DNA of 64,000 nt from Deltaproteobacteria bacterium (GTDB lineage: Bacteria; Desulfobacterota; Binatia; UBA12015): NCBI GenBank assembly GCA_046583355.1, contig JAYGCM010000045.1, positions 10,867 to 74,866 on the forward strand. The letters are read 5' to 3'. The position numbers and the translations under genes are program-made. This document shows positions 1 through 9,779 of the stretch, piece by piece. The stretch's first letter is position 1, and each line of letters opens with the position of its first letter. A model generated the notes under the pieces. It did no database searches and had not been told where the DNA came from. It saw only the letters and a list, made by a program, of their open reading frames with translations.

Positions 1-8
1 CTCCCCGG

Positions 9-35
9 GAGGCGCGGCCGAAAAGTAGGCCTGCA
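9..35 (+). repeat. Solo end of the 167-bp hairpin element
   Basis: GAGGCGCGGCCGAAAAGTAGGCCTGCA matches the element terminus at 49632-49658; lies 3 bp beyond the stop codon of the DMT gene. Confidence 0.8.
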
Positions 36-38
36 CCT

Positions 39-995
39 TCAGGGAGCGTCGGTACCTGCGGCGCTCTCGGCCAATTCGCCGCCGGCCGCGGAGTCGCGAT
101 CGGCGACGACCAGAGCGATCGAGCCGAGAACGATCGCAAATCCCAGCACCTGCACTCTCGTCACGGGCTCGCCCAGAAAGACCGCCGCGCTGACCGTCGC
201 GACCACCGGGACGGCCAGCAGAACCATCGAGATGCGCAGCGCCGAGGCATGCGCATGGGCCCAATTGGTCAGGAGGTGACCGAGCGTGCCGGGACCCAGC
301 GCCAAGAGAAGAAGGATCCGCAGGTCGCTCGCGCTCGGAGAGCCGAACTCCTCGCCCATCGCCAGGCACGCCAATGCCATCACGATACCGGCTACCGTCG
401 ACATTCCAATCACATATTCCGTCGCGCCGATGCTACGGCGCACGCGCTTGGAGATCAGGAAATAGGCGGTGAAGACAAAGAGGTTCAGCAGCGCCAAGAG
501 ATCACCACGACCGCCCGCCGCCGTCTCGCCGACCGAATCCCAGACCACCAACCCGGTGCCGCCGATCGCCACCAGACTGCAAAATGCCGAGCGGCCGGAA
601 GTCCGCTCGCCGAAGAGCGGCGCGGCAACCAACAGCACCAAAACCGGCTGCAAGGCACCGATGATGGTCGCGTTCGCGATCGTCGTGAGCTTGACCGCCG
701 TGAAAAAACAAATCTGGTGCATCGCGAAGACCATGCCACCGAGCAACGAAGCGAAAAACCACTCACGCGTGAGAGCACGCCGCAGACGCGGCACGCCGAG
801 GACCAGCAACCAGAGCAGCGGAATCGCAAACCAGAGGCGGTAGAAGGCCGTAATCGGCCCGCTGGTGGACACCATCTTGATCGCGACGGCACTATAGCCC
901 CACATCGACACGGCCCCCACCACGGCTAGGACCGCCAGCGTCTCGGTCCGCAGACCAGCACCGGCCACATCCGGTATCCTCTCCGCCTGCGCCAT
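39..995 (-). CDS. DMT/EamA family transporter
   Basis: About 10 hydrophobic helices in two repeats; WG..AVAIK, A.YR, LFGER and FLGEPV motifs. Confidence 0.9.
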   Translation of the reverse strand: MAQAERIPDVAGAGLRTETLAVLAVVGAVSMWGYSAVAIKMVSTSGPITAFYRLWFAIPLLWLLVLGVPRLRRALTREWFFASLLGGMVFAMHQICFFTAVKLTTIANATIIGALQPVLVLLVAAPLFGERTSGRSAFCSLVAIGGTGLVVWDSVGETAAGGRGDLLALLNLFVFTAYFLISKRVRRSIGATEYVIGMSTVAGIVMALACLAMGEEFGSPSASDLRILLLLALGPGTLGHLLTNWAHAHASALRISMVLLAVPVVATVSAAVFLGEPVTRVQVLGFAIVLGSIALVVADRDSAAGGELAESAAGTDAP

Positions 996-1037
996 GCGGC
1001 CAGCCTAGCCCGCAGCCTCCGGCGGCACACTTCCTGC

Positions 1038-2054
1038 GTGACCACAGGTGTGGGAGACAGCACGCCGTCTCCGGATCGCTTGGGACGACCACCCCGGAGT
1101 TGGGGAAAGAGGATTGCCCCAGCTACCCAGCAAGCTGTGGCGAGACTGCGCATACTCGGAAACCTGCTCCCACAGCGCCTGCAACGCCTGCTTGCGCGCG
1201 GCGGCCCCGGCGGCGTCGATATCATCGTGCCGGTCTACGGCGCCCGCGAGAAGACCCTCGCGTGCCTGGAGAGTGTCTTCCAGCATGCGCGCGGCGACTG
1301 GCGCCTCCTGATCATCGACGATGCCAGCCCGGACCCCGAACTCGTGCCGGCATTACGCCGCCGGATCGCCCGCCAGCGGCGCGTCACGCTGCATTGCGCA
1401 CGCGAGAACCGTGGCTTCGTCGCCAGCGCCAACCACGGCATGCGACGCGCCGCCGCGGCCCGGCGCGACGTTCTGCTGCTCAACAGCGATACCCTCGTTA
1501 CCGCCGAGTTTGTCGCCCGCCTGCGCGGCGCCGCCCATACCTGCCCTGAAACCGGCATCGTCACCCCCTTCACGAACAACGGCACGATCTGCAGTGTGCC
1601 GCGCTTCGTAGAAAACAATCCGCTGCCAACCGGAATTTCGCTCGATGAATTCGCAGCACTCGTCCATGAGGTGAGCCCCTGCACCCGCCCCGAGCTCGTC
1701 ACGGCAGTCGGGTTTTGCATGTACATCCGCCACGAGGTCCTGGCCCAGATCGGCTTCTTCGACGCCGAGACCTTCGGCACGGGCTACGGTGAAGAAAACG
1801 ATTTTTGTGAGCGCGCCAAGGCGGTGGGGTGGCGCATCCGGCTCTGCGACGATCTCTTCATCTACCATTCGGGCGCCGCCTCCTTCGGCGATTCCCGCAC
1901 AGCACAGCAACAGCGCCACGCGGAACGTATCGACAAACTCCATCCCCACTACCACCGTGATGTGCAGGCCTTCATCCAGGCCAACCCGCTCGCCGCATGG
2001 CACGCCAGGATTCAAGACGCCTTGCGCGCACGCGGCATTCACGGCAAGGACTGA
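1038..2054 (+). CDS. Glycosyltransferase family 2
   Basis: IIVPVY, IIDDAS, NRGFVASAN, LLNSDT (DxD-like), GYGEENDFC; start uncertain. Confidence 0.88.
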   Translation: MTTGVGDSTPSPDRLGRPPRSWGKRIAPATQQAVARLRILGNLLPQRLQRLLARGGPGGVDIIVPVYGAREKTLACLESVFQHARGDWRLLIIDDASPDPELVPALRRRIARQRRVTLHCARENRGFVASANHGMRRAAAARRDVLLLNSDTLVTAEFVARLRGAAHTCPETGIVTPFTNNGTICSVPRFVENNPLPTGISLDEFAALVHEVSPCTRPELVTAVGFCMYIRHEVLAQIGFFDAETFGTGYGEENDFCERAKAVGWRIRLCDDLFIYHSGAASFGDSRTAQQQRHAERIDKLHPHYHRDVQAFIQANPLAAWHARIQDALRARGIHGKD

Positions 2055-2058
2055 GAGC

Positions 2059-3387
2059 TTGCGGATTCTGCAGGTCACCAACGGCTATCCACCACGCGCC
2101 TTCGGCGGCGTCGAGACCCATACACAGCGCCTCGTGACAGCCCTGCGAACACGCGGCCACGACCTGCGCATCTTCACGCGCCATAGTGAAGGCGAAGGGC
2201 AGGACGGCACGCTCGTGCACGAAGAGGTCGACGGCGTGGGAGTCACCAGCATAGTGAACGACGCACGCGGTGGACGCTTCCGTGACCATTTCCTGTCTGC
2301 CCCGGTCGCCGATGCCTTCCGCGCAGAGATCACCCGCCACCGCCCCGATCGAGTCCATTTCCAGCACCTGATCGGCCTCTCGGCCGACCTTCCGACGATC
2401 GCCCACGATGCCGGTATCCGCTGCGTCGCGACAATCCACGAGTATTGGTACGCCTGCCAGCGCGTCATGCTGCAAAAGGCCGACCTCACGGCCTGCACCG
2501 GCCCGGCCAACGAAGATTGCGTCGCCTGTTTTCTCGGCGAAGCCGCCAGCCGCGAAGAGCAAGCCGAAGCGGCTGCTCGGAGCGCGCCCTCGCTGCTCAA
2601 GCGATTGCGTGGCCGCGGGCCAAAGCCGTCGCCAGCCTTGGTCGCCGGCCCACCGGTCGCGGCCGAACGCTTCGCCTGCCTGCAGGCGGCATTACGCTCT
2701 TACGCACGCATCACCACACCCTCACAATTCGTGATTGATGAAATGGCGCGCCAGGGCATGCCCCTGGCAGCAGACCGTACCCGCGCCATCGCGCTGGGCC
2801 TGCCGGAGGCCGCCCGTCCCGCCACGCCACCGCGCACCAGCCCCATCTCCGCTGCGGCGCCCTTGCGGCTCGTCTACATCGGCCATCTGCTGCCGCATAA
2901 AGGTCCGCATACGATTCTCGAGGCCATGCGCCTGGTCCCCGAACTGCCCTTGCGGCTCGATTTATATGGTCGACGGTGGCCGGAGAATCCCTACGAGAAA
3001 ACCCTCTTCCCGCTACTCGCAGCCGAGGGCCGCGCGCATGCGCACGGCCGCTTCGCAGACGGTGACCTGCCCGATATCCTGGCCGCAGCCGACCTCCTGG
3101 TCGTGCCCTCGACCTGCCCCGAGAGCTTCGGTCTGGCAACCCGCGAAGCCTTCCTCGCCGGGCGCCCGGTGCTCTCCACCGACCGCGGCGCATTGCCGGA
3201 ATCGGTAGGTGATGGGGAAGATGGCATCCTCGTGCCAGCCGAGGATGCGCCTGCCATGGCGACCGCTCTGCGACGCGTCGTAGAGCAAAAAGCCTTGCTC
3301 GGACGTCTGAGCGCTGGCGCCGCAGCGACGCGGATACGAACGATGGACGATTACGCAGCCGAACTCGAAGCGTTTCTTTACGCTTGA
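2059..3387 (+). CDS. Glycosyltransferase family 4 (GT-B)
   Basis: MRILQVTNGYPP..GGVE at TTG 2059 just after the GT2 stop; HKG and PESFGL..EA motifs. The ORF-track start at 1789 is too long. Confidence 0.88.
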   Translation: MRILQVTNGYPPRAFGGVETHTQRLVTALRTRGHDLRIFTRHSEGEGQDGTLVHEEVDGVGVTSIVNDARGGRFRDHFLSAPVADAFRAEITRHRPDRVHFQHLIGLSADLPTIAHDAGIRCVATIHEYWYACQRVMLQKADLTACTGPANEDCVACFLGEAASREEQAEAAARSAPSLLKRLRGRGPKPSPALVAGPPVAAERFACLQAALRSYARITTPSQFVIDEMARQGMPLAADRTRAIALGLPEAARPATPPRTSPISAAAPLRLVYIGHLLPHKGPHTILEAMRLVPELPLRLDLYGRRWPENPYEKTLFPLLAAEGRAHAHGRFADGDLPDILAAADLLVVPSTCPESFGLATREAFLAGRPVLSTDRGALPESVGDGEDGILVPAEDAPAMATALRRVVEQKALLGRLSAGAAATRIRTMDDYAAELEAFLYA

Positions 3388-3701
3388 GCCGATGTGTCGC
3401 GCGACGCGACGAAGCGCTCACGGAACGCCGATGCCAGGCCGAAGCGCTCGGCACGCGAGAGTTCGCCATCCCACCAAACAATGACCTGCACGCGGGCGGG
3501 ACCTTTGCGCGGCTTGACCGGCGCAAACTCGAGAATCATCGCTTCGGGATCGACCTCGAGTTGGTCCGCCAGGTCGTCGCAGAAGTCCTCGACCTCCTCG
3601 GCGCTCGGCCGCCGCTTGGCATCGATCGCGCCAAAAGTTTCCTCGTCGCGCTCGTAGCCCGCGGAGAGAAGGAGTTCTTCAAACCCACCCACATTACCCA
3701 A
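3378..3701 (-). CDS. Hypothetical acidic protein (107 aa)
   Basis: Protein-like composition; GGAG just upstream; fills the gap after the upstream minus-strand gene. Confidence 0.55.
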   Translation of the reverse strand: MGNVGGFEELLLSAGYERDEETFGAIDAKRRPSAEEVEDFCDDLADQLEVDPEAMILEFAPVKPRKGPARVQVIVWWDGELSRAERFGLASAFRERFVASRDTSAQA

Positions 3702-3774
3702 TCTCCACGAATTCCCGGCCGTGTCCAGCGCCGCCGGAGGATCCTGCGGAAATCAAGTAAAAAGGCGTGGAAAA

Positions 3775-4845
3775 TCAGGGCGAAAAAAGGAGAACTCCAG
3801 GGACCCGCCGCGACACGGGCGCGCCGCCTTGTGCTGCACGACTCGAGGGAATCCCGACCAACTCGGTACCCGACTCGGTGCGCCGCACGAGGGCGACATC
3901 GCCACCCGCGCTGCCGAGGCCACCGGACTCGACACCTTCGCGAACCAGAAAGTCGGCAGCCTCCTCCAGGGTGGCCCCCGGAGTCCCCGCGCGGCGGCCC
4001 TCCAATGCCACGACAATCAGCGTACCATCGGGCCGCGCCCCAAGCGCAAAAACGGGAATTCGCGCCAGCGGGAACGGACCGTGCAGGACCAGAGAATCGA
4101 CGCCCGGCGAGACCCGCGAGAGCCTCTCCTCGCGCAACATGCCCAGCAAATGCTCGGCCTCTGACGCAGCCAGTGTGTGGAGCGGGATCGCGATATCGCC
4201 GCCGTGCAAAAGGATCCTGCCGGCCTCGGCCGTATGCGGCAACACCTTGCGCAAGAGCACCCAAAACTCCGGCGGCAGCCCGCGGCCGCGACCGTCGGCG
4301 AAATCGAAGACGTTGCGGAAGTCCGCACGAAGCCGTGGATGGCCCAGAAGTTCAGCCAGTGGCACCGCCGCGCCCGCACGCACCAGGCGCGGCATCTCCA
4401 AAGCTACCCGCGGCAGCATTGCCTGAATCTCCGCAGCGACGCCCGTAAGCCCGCGCCAACCGCGCGCCGCCGCAGCACTCCAACCGAGCGCCCAGAGCCG
4501 CTGCCCGTCCGGGCTATCGCCCGCAAGGCTGTAGACCTGCTCACCCTCGAAAAGCCAGGCACCTCGTTGCCAGCCCCAATTGGTTGGGCAAAAGGCGATG
4601 GCACCCGCCGGCGCGGCGCGAAGCCACTCCTCGGGGCGCCGCCCGACAGGCGCATGCCAAAGCGCTTCGGTCGCCGCCACGTCAAGCAACGATCCGCCGA
4701 ATACGATTCCCTCGCGATAGAAACGCTCATCGAGGCAAAGACGAGGGCGTACGCTCGGTGCGACCCGAGCAATGGTGAACGCAAGCTCGACACCGGCCGC
4801 AGAGCGCCGCCGGCCGCGCTTGATCTCGATCCCCGCTACTTCCAT
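3775..4845 (-). CDS. Hypothetical protein with degenerate phosphodiester-glycosidase (NAGPA-like) C-terminal domain
   Basis: ATG at 4845, 5 bp after the mgtE stop; C-terminal ALGARPDGTLIVVALEGR...GATLEEAADFL resembles the NAGPA core. Confidence 0.5.
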   Translation of the reverse strand: MEVAGIEIKRGRRRSAAGVELAFTIARVAPSVRPRLCLDERFYREGIVFGGSLLDVAATEALWHAPVGRRPEEWLRAAPAGAIAFCPTNWGWQRGAWLFEGEQVYSLAGDSPDGQRLWALGWSAAAARGWRGLTGVAAEIQAMLPRVALEMPRLVRAGAAVPLAELLGHPRLRADFRNVFDFADGRGRGLPPEFWVLLRKVLPHTAEAGRILLHGGDIAIPLHTLAASEAEHLLGMLREERLSRVSPGVDSLVLHGPFPLARIPVFALGARPDGTLIVVALEGRRAGTPGATLEEAADFLVREGVESGGLGSAGGDVALVRRTESGTELVGIPSSRAAQGGAPVSRRVPGVLLFSP

Positions 4846-4850
4846 CCCCG

Positions 4851-6230
4851 CTACAGCAGCGTACCCGCCAACAGGATGGAGGCCAGCGTAAAGTAGAGAA
4901 GGATGCCGGCGACATCGACCAAGGTCGCGACAAAAGGCGCTGAGGCCGCCGCAGGATCCGCACCGATCCGTCGCATCAGGAAGGGCAGCATCGATCCGGC
5001 CGTCGTCCCGACCAGAACCACCCCGGCCAGCGAGAGCCCCACCGTGGCGCCGATCAGAAAGGCGTGCTCGCCATAGAGCCCGAAGATCCCTGACCAGAGC
5101 CAGACACGAAGAAAACCGAGCGTGCCGAGAAGGACGCCCAGCGCCAAGCCCGAGCGCAGCTCCCGCGACAGCACCTTCCACCAATCGCGCAACTCGATCT
5201 CGCCCAGCGCCATTGCACGAATCACAAATGTCGTCGCCTGCGAGCCGCTATTGCCACCGCTGGAGATAATCAGCGGAATAAAAAGCGCGAGTACCACGGC
5301 ACGGGCGAGGTCGATCTCGAAGCGGGCCAGCGCGCTCGCCGTGAGCAATTCGCCGAGGAAAAGCAGCACAAGCCAGCTCGCCCGTTTCCGGATCAGGCCG
5401 AGCACCGGCATGACCAGGTAGGGTTCGTCGAGCGCCTCGGAACCACCGATTTTATGGATATCTTCGGTGGCTTCTTCTTCCGCGACGTCGAGAACATCGT
5501 CGACCGTCACGATGCCGATGAGGAACCCCTCGCTGTCGGTGACCGGCAGCGCGACACGGTCGTATTCGCGGAAGACCTCGATGGCGGTCTCCTGGTCGTC
5601 GGTCGCCTTGAGCGCGACATAATGGTGGTCGCAGAGGTCTTCGATCTCGGCATCGAGACGCGCCAAAAGAATCTCGCGGATACGCAGATCGTCAATCAGT
5701 CGGCCCGTATCGTCCACCACATAGACGACGTTCAGCGTCTCGCGGTCCTGGCCATGGCGGCGGATATGCTCGAGCACGCGCTCGATCGTCCAATCCTGCT
5801 TGACGCGAATATATTCGGGCGTCATCAGGCGCCCGATCGAGTCCTCGGGGTAGCCAAGCAACCAGGCCGCGACGCGGCGTTCCTTGCTCGAGAGTTGTTC
5901 AAGCAGCACACGTGAGACCGCTGGCGGAAGCTCTTCGAAAAGCGCCGTGCGGTCGTCGGGTGCCATATCGTCGAGCAGCCGGATCAGGTCATCCTGCGCC
6001 AGGGTATCGACAAGTTCGATCTGCGCTTCGGGCTCGAGATGCTCAAAGGTCTCGGCGGCGAGCGCACGCGGGAGGATGCGAAAGACGAGGCCTCGTTGCT
6101 CGACCGGGAGGCCGCCGACAAGGTCCGCGATTTCCGGCGATTCCCATCGGGCGAGTGCCTCGCGAAGACCGCTCAGGTCACGGCGTTCGAGAAACTCGCT
6201 GATCTCGGGCTGAAGAAGATGGCCAAGCAT
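4851..6230 (-). CDS. mgtE: Magnesium transporter MgtE
   Basis: MgtE N domain, CBS pair (GRLMTPEY, GIVTVDD), SSGGNSGSQ, DPA.ASAPFVATLVD. Confidence 0.95.
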   Translation of the reverse strand: MLGHLLQPEISEFLERRDLSGLREALARWESPEIADLVGGLPVEQRGLVFRILPRALAAETFEHLEPEAQIELVDTLAQDDLIRLLDDMAPDDRTALFEELPPAVSRVLLEQLSSKERRVAAWLLGYPEDSIGRLMTPEYIRVKQDWTIERVLEHIRRHGQDRETLNVVYVVDDTGRLIDDLRIREILLARLDAEIEDLCDHHYVALKATDDQETAIEVFREYDRVALPVTDSEGFLIGIVTVDDVLDVAEEEATEDIHKIGGSEALDEPYLVMPVLGLIRKRASWLVLLFLGELLTASALARFEIDLARAVVLALFIPLIISSGGNSGSQATTFVIRAMALGEIELRDWWKVLSRELRSGLALGVLLGTLGFLRVWLWSGIFGLYGEHAFLIGATVGLSLAGVVLVGTTAGSMLPFLMRRIGADPAAASAPFVATLVDVAGILLYFTLASILLAGTLL

Positions 6231-6519
6231 GGTCGCAGTAGCAGATCAGGACAATGTCCGTCGCGCGATTCCCTTCGTTTTACGTTTTTGGAGGCCGCCG
6301 GCCTGCTTGCTGCGCTGCGCAGCTTTTTCGCTCAGACGTGCCGGAGAGCCGCGCCTGCGCCGGCCCCTCTTGTGCCCCGTTCGGGCACCTCCATGCAACT
6401 CATAGCTGGCATCGGACCGCATGCCCCATGCGCAAGAAGTATCGCGCGTCGGCCGCCAATAGTCGAGAGAGAACCAGCGAAGCTCGACAATCGGTGCCCG
6501 GACCGGAAGAATCACCCAA

Positions 6520-7335
6520 ATGAGAACCAGCCAGCCGACCTTGCCGCCCGTCCCTGCCCAAGCACGCCTGCGCAGCGCGGCCCTGCTCGGCCTGCTGGGG
6601 TGCGCGCTCGCGGCAAGCCTCGGGGCCTGCTCGGCCACTCGCCCCGGCGAAGGCGAGCCGAGCGGCGCCGTGGTCGCAGAGCGACACTATATGCGAGGCG
6701 AAGCCCTGGCCGAGCAGGGGCGCGCCCCGGAAGCGATCGACGCCTACCACGCCGCCATTCGCGCCGAGCCCGAGTTCCCGAAGGCCTATTACAAGCTCGG
6801 CAACCAATATTCGCGCCTGGGCCGCTACGAGGCAGCGATCGAGGCCTACAAGCGGGCGATCCGCCGCGACCCGGATTTCATCAAAGCCTACAACAACCTG
6901 GGCCTGGCCTATACCGCCAATGGCGCGCCCGAGAAGGCAGTCGTGGTACTACGCCGCGCGACAGCCCTGGCGCCTGGCTACGCCCGGGCGTGGAGCCATC
7001 TCGGTTCCGCTTACGAGGAAATGGGCGAGCATTCCAGAGCGATCCTCACCTTCAAAGAGGCCATCGAGATCGATCCCGGCTACGGCCAGGCCTACAATAA
7101 TCTCGGCCGAGCCTATGCGAGCCTGCGGCTCTACGACGAGGCCGAGGAGGCCTACCAGCGCGCCTTGCGTATCAATAGCGACAACGTCAATGCGGTCTTC
7201 AACCTCGGCAAGCTCTACACCATGACGGGCGACGAGGCCGCGGCGCAAACCCAACTCACGAAGCTCACGGAACTCGACCCATGGAAGGCCGACGCATTGG
7301 GCCGCGCCATCACCCGCGGCAAACCCCTGCGCTGA
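6520..7335 (+). CDS. TPR-repeat lipoprotein
   Basis: Hydrophobic leader ending LGAC (lipobox); repeated AY.NLG..Y TPR units. Confidence 0.88.
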   Translation: MRTSQPTLPPVPAQARLRSAALLGLLGCALAASLGACSATRPGEGEPSGAVVAERHYMRGEALAEQGRAPEAIDAYHAAIRAEPEFPKAYYKLGNQYSRLGRYEAAIEAYKRAIRRDPDFIKAYNNLGLAYTANGAPEKAVVVLRRATALAPGYARAWSHLGSAYEEMGEHSRAILTFKEAIEIDPGYGQAYNNLGRAYASLRLYDEAEEAYQRALRINSDNVNAVFNLGKLYTMTGDEAAAQTQLTKLTELDPWKADALGRAITRGKPLR

Positions 7336-7355
7336 GCTAACGGCACCACCCAGAT

Positions 7356-8588
7356 CTAATTAGTGGCGCCGGTCGGCACTTCGCGAAAGGGGATCCCTTT
7401 GTCGACCCGCAGCTCCGGCGGCAGGCCCAGCACACGCTCGGCGATGATATTACGCAGCACCTCGTCGGTACCACCGGCAATGCGCAGGCCCGGCGAACCG
7501 AGATAAATTTGCTGCCACAAACCATCGTCCGCGGCCGCCGAGTCGAGCAAGCCGCCCGATTCGCCTTGCAACTCCATCGCAAACGAGGCGATCTGCTGGC
7601 CCAGCGGCGCGCCAACGGCCTTGGAAATCGCGCCTTCGGGACCCGGCGTCGACCCACCGAGCAAGGCCGAGAGTGTCCGGTAGCCGGTGTACTGAATGCC
7701 CTTCTGGGCGATATAGATATCGGCCAGCCGGCTACGTACGGACCCATCTTCGATCGCGGGGCGGCCGTTGCGGCGGCATCGCTTTGCCAGCGCGAGCAAT
7801 TTCGTAAAGCCGCCGCCACCACCACCGCCGCCAATCGCGACTCGCTCGTTCATCAGCGTGGTCAGCGCAACCTGCCAGCCCTGACCCAGCTCGCCGAGCC
7901 GCTGCGAGTCGGGAATGCGAACATCAGTGAAGAAGACCTCGTTGAAGACCTCTCCGCCATTGATCTGCTTGATCGGACGGATCTCGATGCCGGGCGATTT
8001 CATATTGACGATGAAATAGGTGAGTCCTTTATGCTTCGGGACATCCGGGTCGGTGCGAGTGACGATCATGCCCCAATCGGAATATTGTGCACCGCTGGTC
8101 CAGATCTTCTGGCCGTTGATGACCCAATCGTCGCCCGAGCGCACGGCCGCGGTGCGCAATCCGGCGAGGTCCGAGCCAGCCGACGGTTCACTGAAGAGCT
8201 GGCACCAGATTTCCTGGCCGCGTGCCATCTTCTCAACGAAGCGCTCTTTCTGCGCATCCGTGCCATGCGCCATCAGCGTCGGGCCGAGCATGCCGTGACC
8301 GATCAGGTAGACGTCGGCGAGCGGACCATCGCGGCTTTCTTCCTGATTCCAGATCACCTGCTCCATGCGGCCCAGACCTTGGCCGCCATATTCTTTCGGC
8401 CAGGTGAGGCACGCCCAACCAGCATCGAATTTCTTCGTCTGCCAGTCTTTGGCTTTCTGGATCACGTCGAGACCGGAGTCTTCACCCTGTCGGGGCGGCG
8501 CGGATGTTCTCGCTTCGGCGTTGGCATCCAGCCACTCGCGACAGCGGAGACGAAAAGCGGCTTCTTCGGGGGTATCTTCAAAATTCAT
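7356..8588 (-). CDS. Acyl-CoA dehydrogenase (likely catalytic subunit of a heteromeric pair)
   Basis: WCQLFSEP.AGSDLA, INGQKIWTS, FNEVFFTDV, LMNER, IAGGTDE. Confidence 0.92.
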   Translation of the reverse strand: MNFEDTPEEAAFRLRCREWLDANAEARTSAPPRQGEDSGLDVIQKAKDWQTKKFDAGWACLTWPKEYGGQGLGRMEQVIWNQEESRDGPLADVYLIGHGMLGPTLMAHGTDAQKERFVEKMARGQEIWCQLFSEPSAGSDLAGLRTAAVRSGDDWVINGQKIWTSGAQYSDWGMIVTRTDPDVPKHKGLTYFIVNMKSPGIEIRPIKQINGGEVFNEVFFTDVRIPDSQRLGELGQGWQVALTTLMNERVAIGGGGGGGGFTKLLALAKRCRRNGRPAIEDGSVRSRLADIYIAQKGIQYTGYRTLSALLGGSTPGPEGAISKAVGAPLGQQIASFAMELQGESGGLLDSAAADDGLWQQIYLGSPGLRIAGGTDEVLRNIIAERVLGLPPELRVDKGIPFREVPTGATN

Positions 8589-8600
8589 CAGGGCCTCCGC

Positions 8601-9710
8601 TCAAGCAGCCGACGCTTCAAGGCGTGAGATCAATTTCTCGCGCCAAGCGCTCGGCGAACCAAGGGTTGCGGCCAGGACTTTCGCCCGGCGGTAGAAGAGG
8701 TGGCAATCGAACTCCCAGGTGAAGCCGACGCCGCCATGGACCTGGATCATATCCTCGGCACCCAGCACGAAGGCATCGCTCGCCGCGACTCGCAGATTGC
8801 AGGCCGCCAGCGAAAGTTCGGGGTCGTTGGTCGAAAGGGCCCAGGCCGCCCAATAGGCATTGGAGAGTGCGATCTCCTTGCGTGCGAAGAAATCCGCCAG
8901 GCGGTGCTTGACCGCCTGAAACGAACCGACCGCACGGCCGAAAGCGTAGCGCTCTTTCACATAGGCAACCGAAATATCGAGAGCGCGTTCGGTGCCGCCG
9001 ATCTGTTCAAAACCCATGAGTACGGCCATATGGTCGAGCAGCCTGGCGAAATTCGCAGCCCCCTCACCGGCCGCGCCCAGGCGCTCGGCGGGAGTACCCT
9101 CGAAGCTCAGCTTCGCCTGCGAGCGGCTCGCATCGAAAGACGCGAGTTTCTCACGCGTGACGCCGGCCGCCGCGAGTTCGACCAGGACGAGAGAGGCGCC
9201 CTCGCCTTCCCGCACCAGGACAACCGCGAGGTCGGCGATATCACCGTCGAGAACCGGTGCCTTGGTGCCCGTCAGAACGCCGTCCGAAAAGCTCGTCTCC
9301 AGCCCGGCGGGATCGACTTCGCCCAGCCCTTCGGAAAAGGCGACGCAGCCGATTCGTGCGCCCGCCGAGAGTTGCGGCAGCCATTTCTTTTTCTGCTCTT
9401 CGCTACCAAAGAGGAGAATCGCTTCGGTCACGCCATAGACAGACGAGGCAAAGGGGATCGGTGCCAGCGCGCGGCCCATTTCCTGCGCAAGCAGGCAGAG
9501 TTCGAGGTGGCCGAGGCCAGTCCCCCCATAGGCTTCGGGAACAGCGGCACCCAGCCAGCCCATCTCGGCGACCTTCTTCCAAAGGCCCTCATCATAGGAA
9601 GAGTCGGATTCGAAGACCGCACGGTCGACATCCAGAGTTGCGTTCGCATCGAGAAACTCGCGCGCAGTGCGTTGCACGAATTTCTGATCATCCGAGAATT
9701 GCAGGTTCAT
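8601..9710 (-). CDS. Acyl-CoA dehydrogenase (shorter partner subunit)
   Basis: R.AFGR.VGSFQAVKH, IQVHGGVGFTWE; tandem with the preceding ACAD as in alpha2beta2 ACADs. Confidence 0.92.
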   Translation of the reverse strand: MNLQFSDDQKFVQRTAREFLDANATLDVDRAVFESDSSYDEGLWKKVAEMGWLGAAVPEAYGGTGLGHLELCLLAQEMGRALAPIPFASSVYGVTEAILLFGSEEQKKKWLPQLSAGARIGCVAFSEGLGEVDPAGLETSFSDGVLTGTKAPVLDGDIADLAVVLVREGEGASLVLVELAAAGVTREKLASFDASRSQAKLSFEGTPAERLGAAGEGAANFARLLDHMAVLMGFEQIGGTERALDISVAYVKERYAFGRAVGSFQAVKHRLADFFARKEIALSNAYWAAWALSTNDPELSLAACNLRVAASDAFVLGAEDMIQVHGGVGFTWEFDCHLFYRRAKVLAATLGSPSAWREKLISRLEASAA

Positions 9711-9779
9711 TCAGGTCCCCTTTGGCTACAGGCGGGTTTAGCCAAGGCCACCCGGGAAGCAAAGAGGGCGAAAGACAGG

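Noticed and set aside
6231..6519. M-box riboswitch or leader peptide upstream of mgtE
   Set aside because: No recognisable M-box words by eye; the 6246-6638 ORF is Arg-rich and overlaps the TPR gene; an Rfam scan would be needed
7356..9710. Tandem ACAD pair as a novelty
   Set aside because: Matches the well-known heteromeric alpha2beta2 ACAD arrangement
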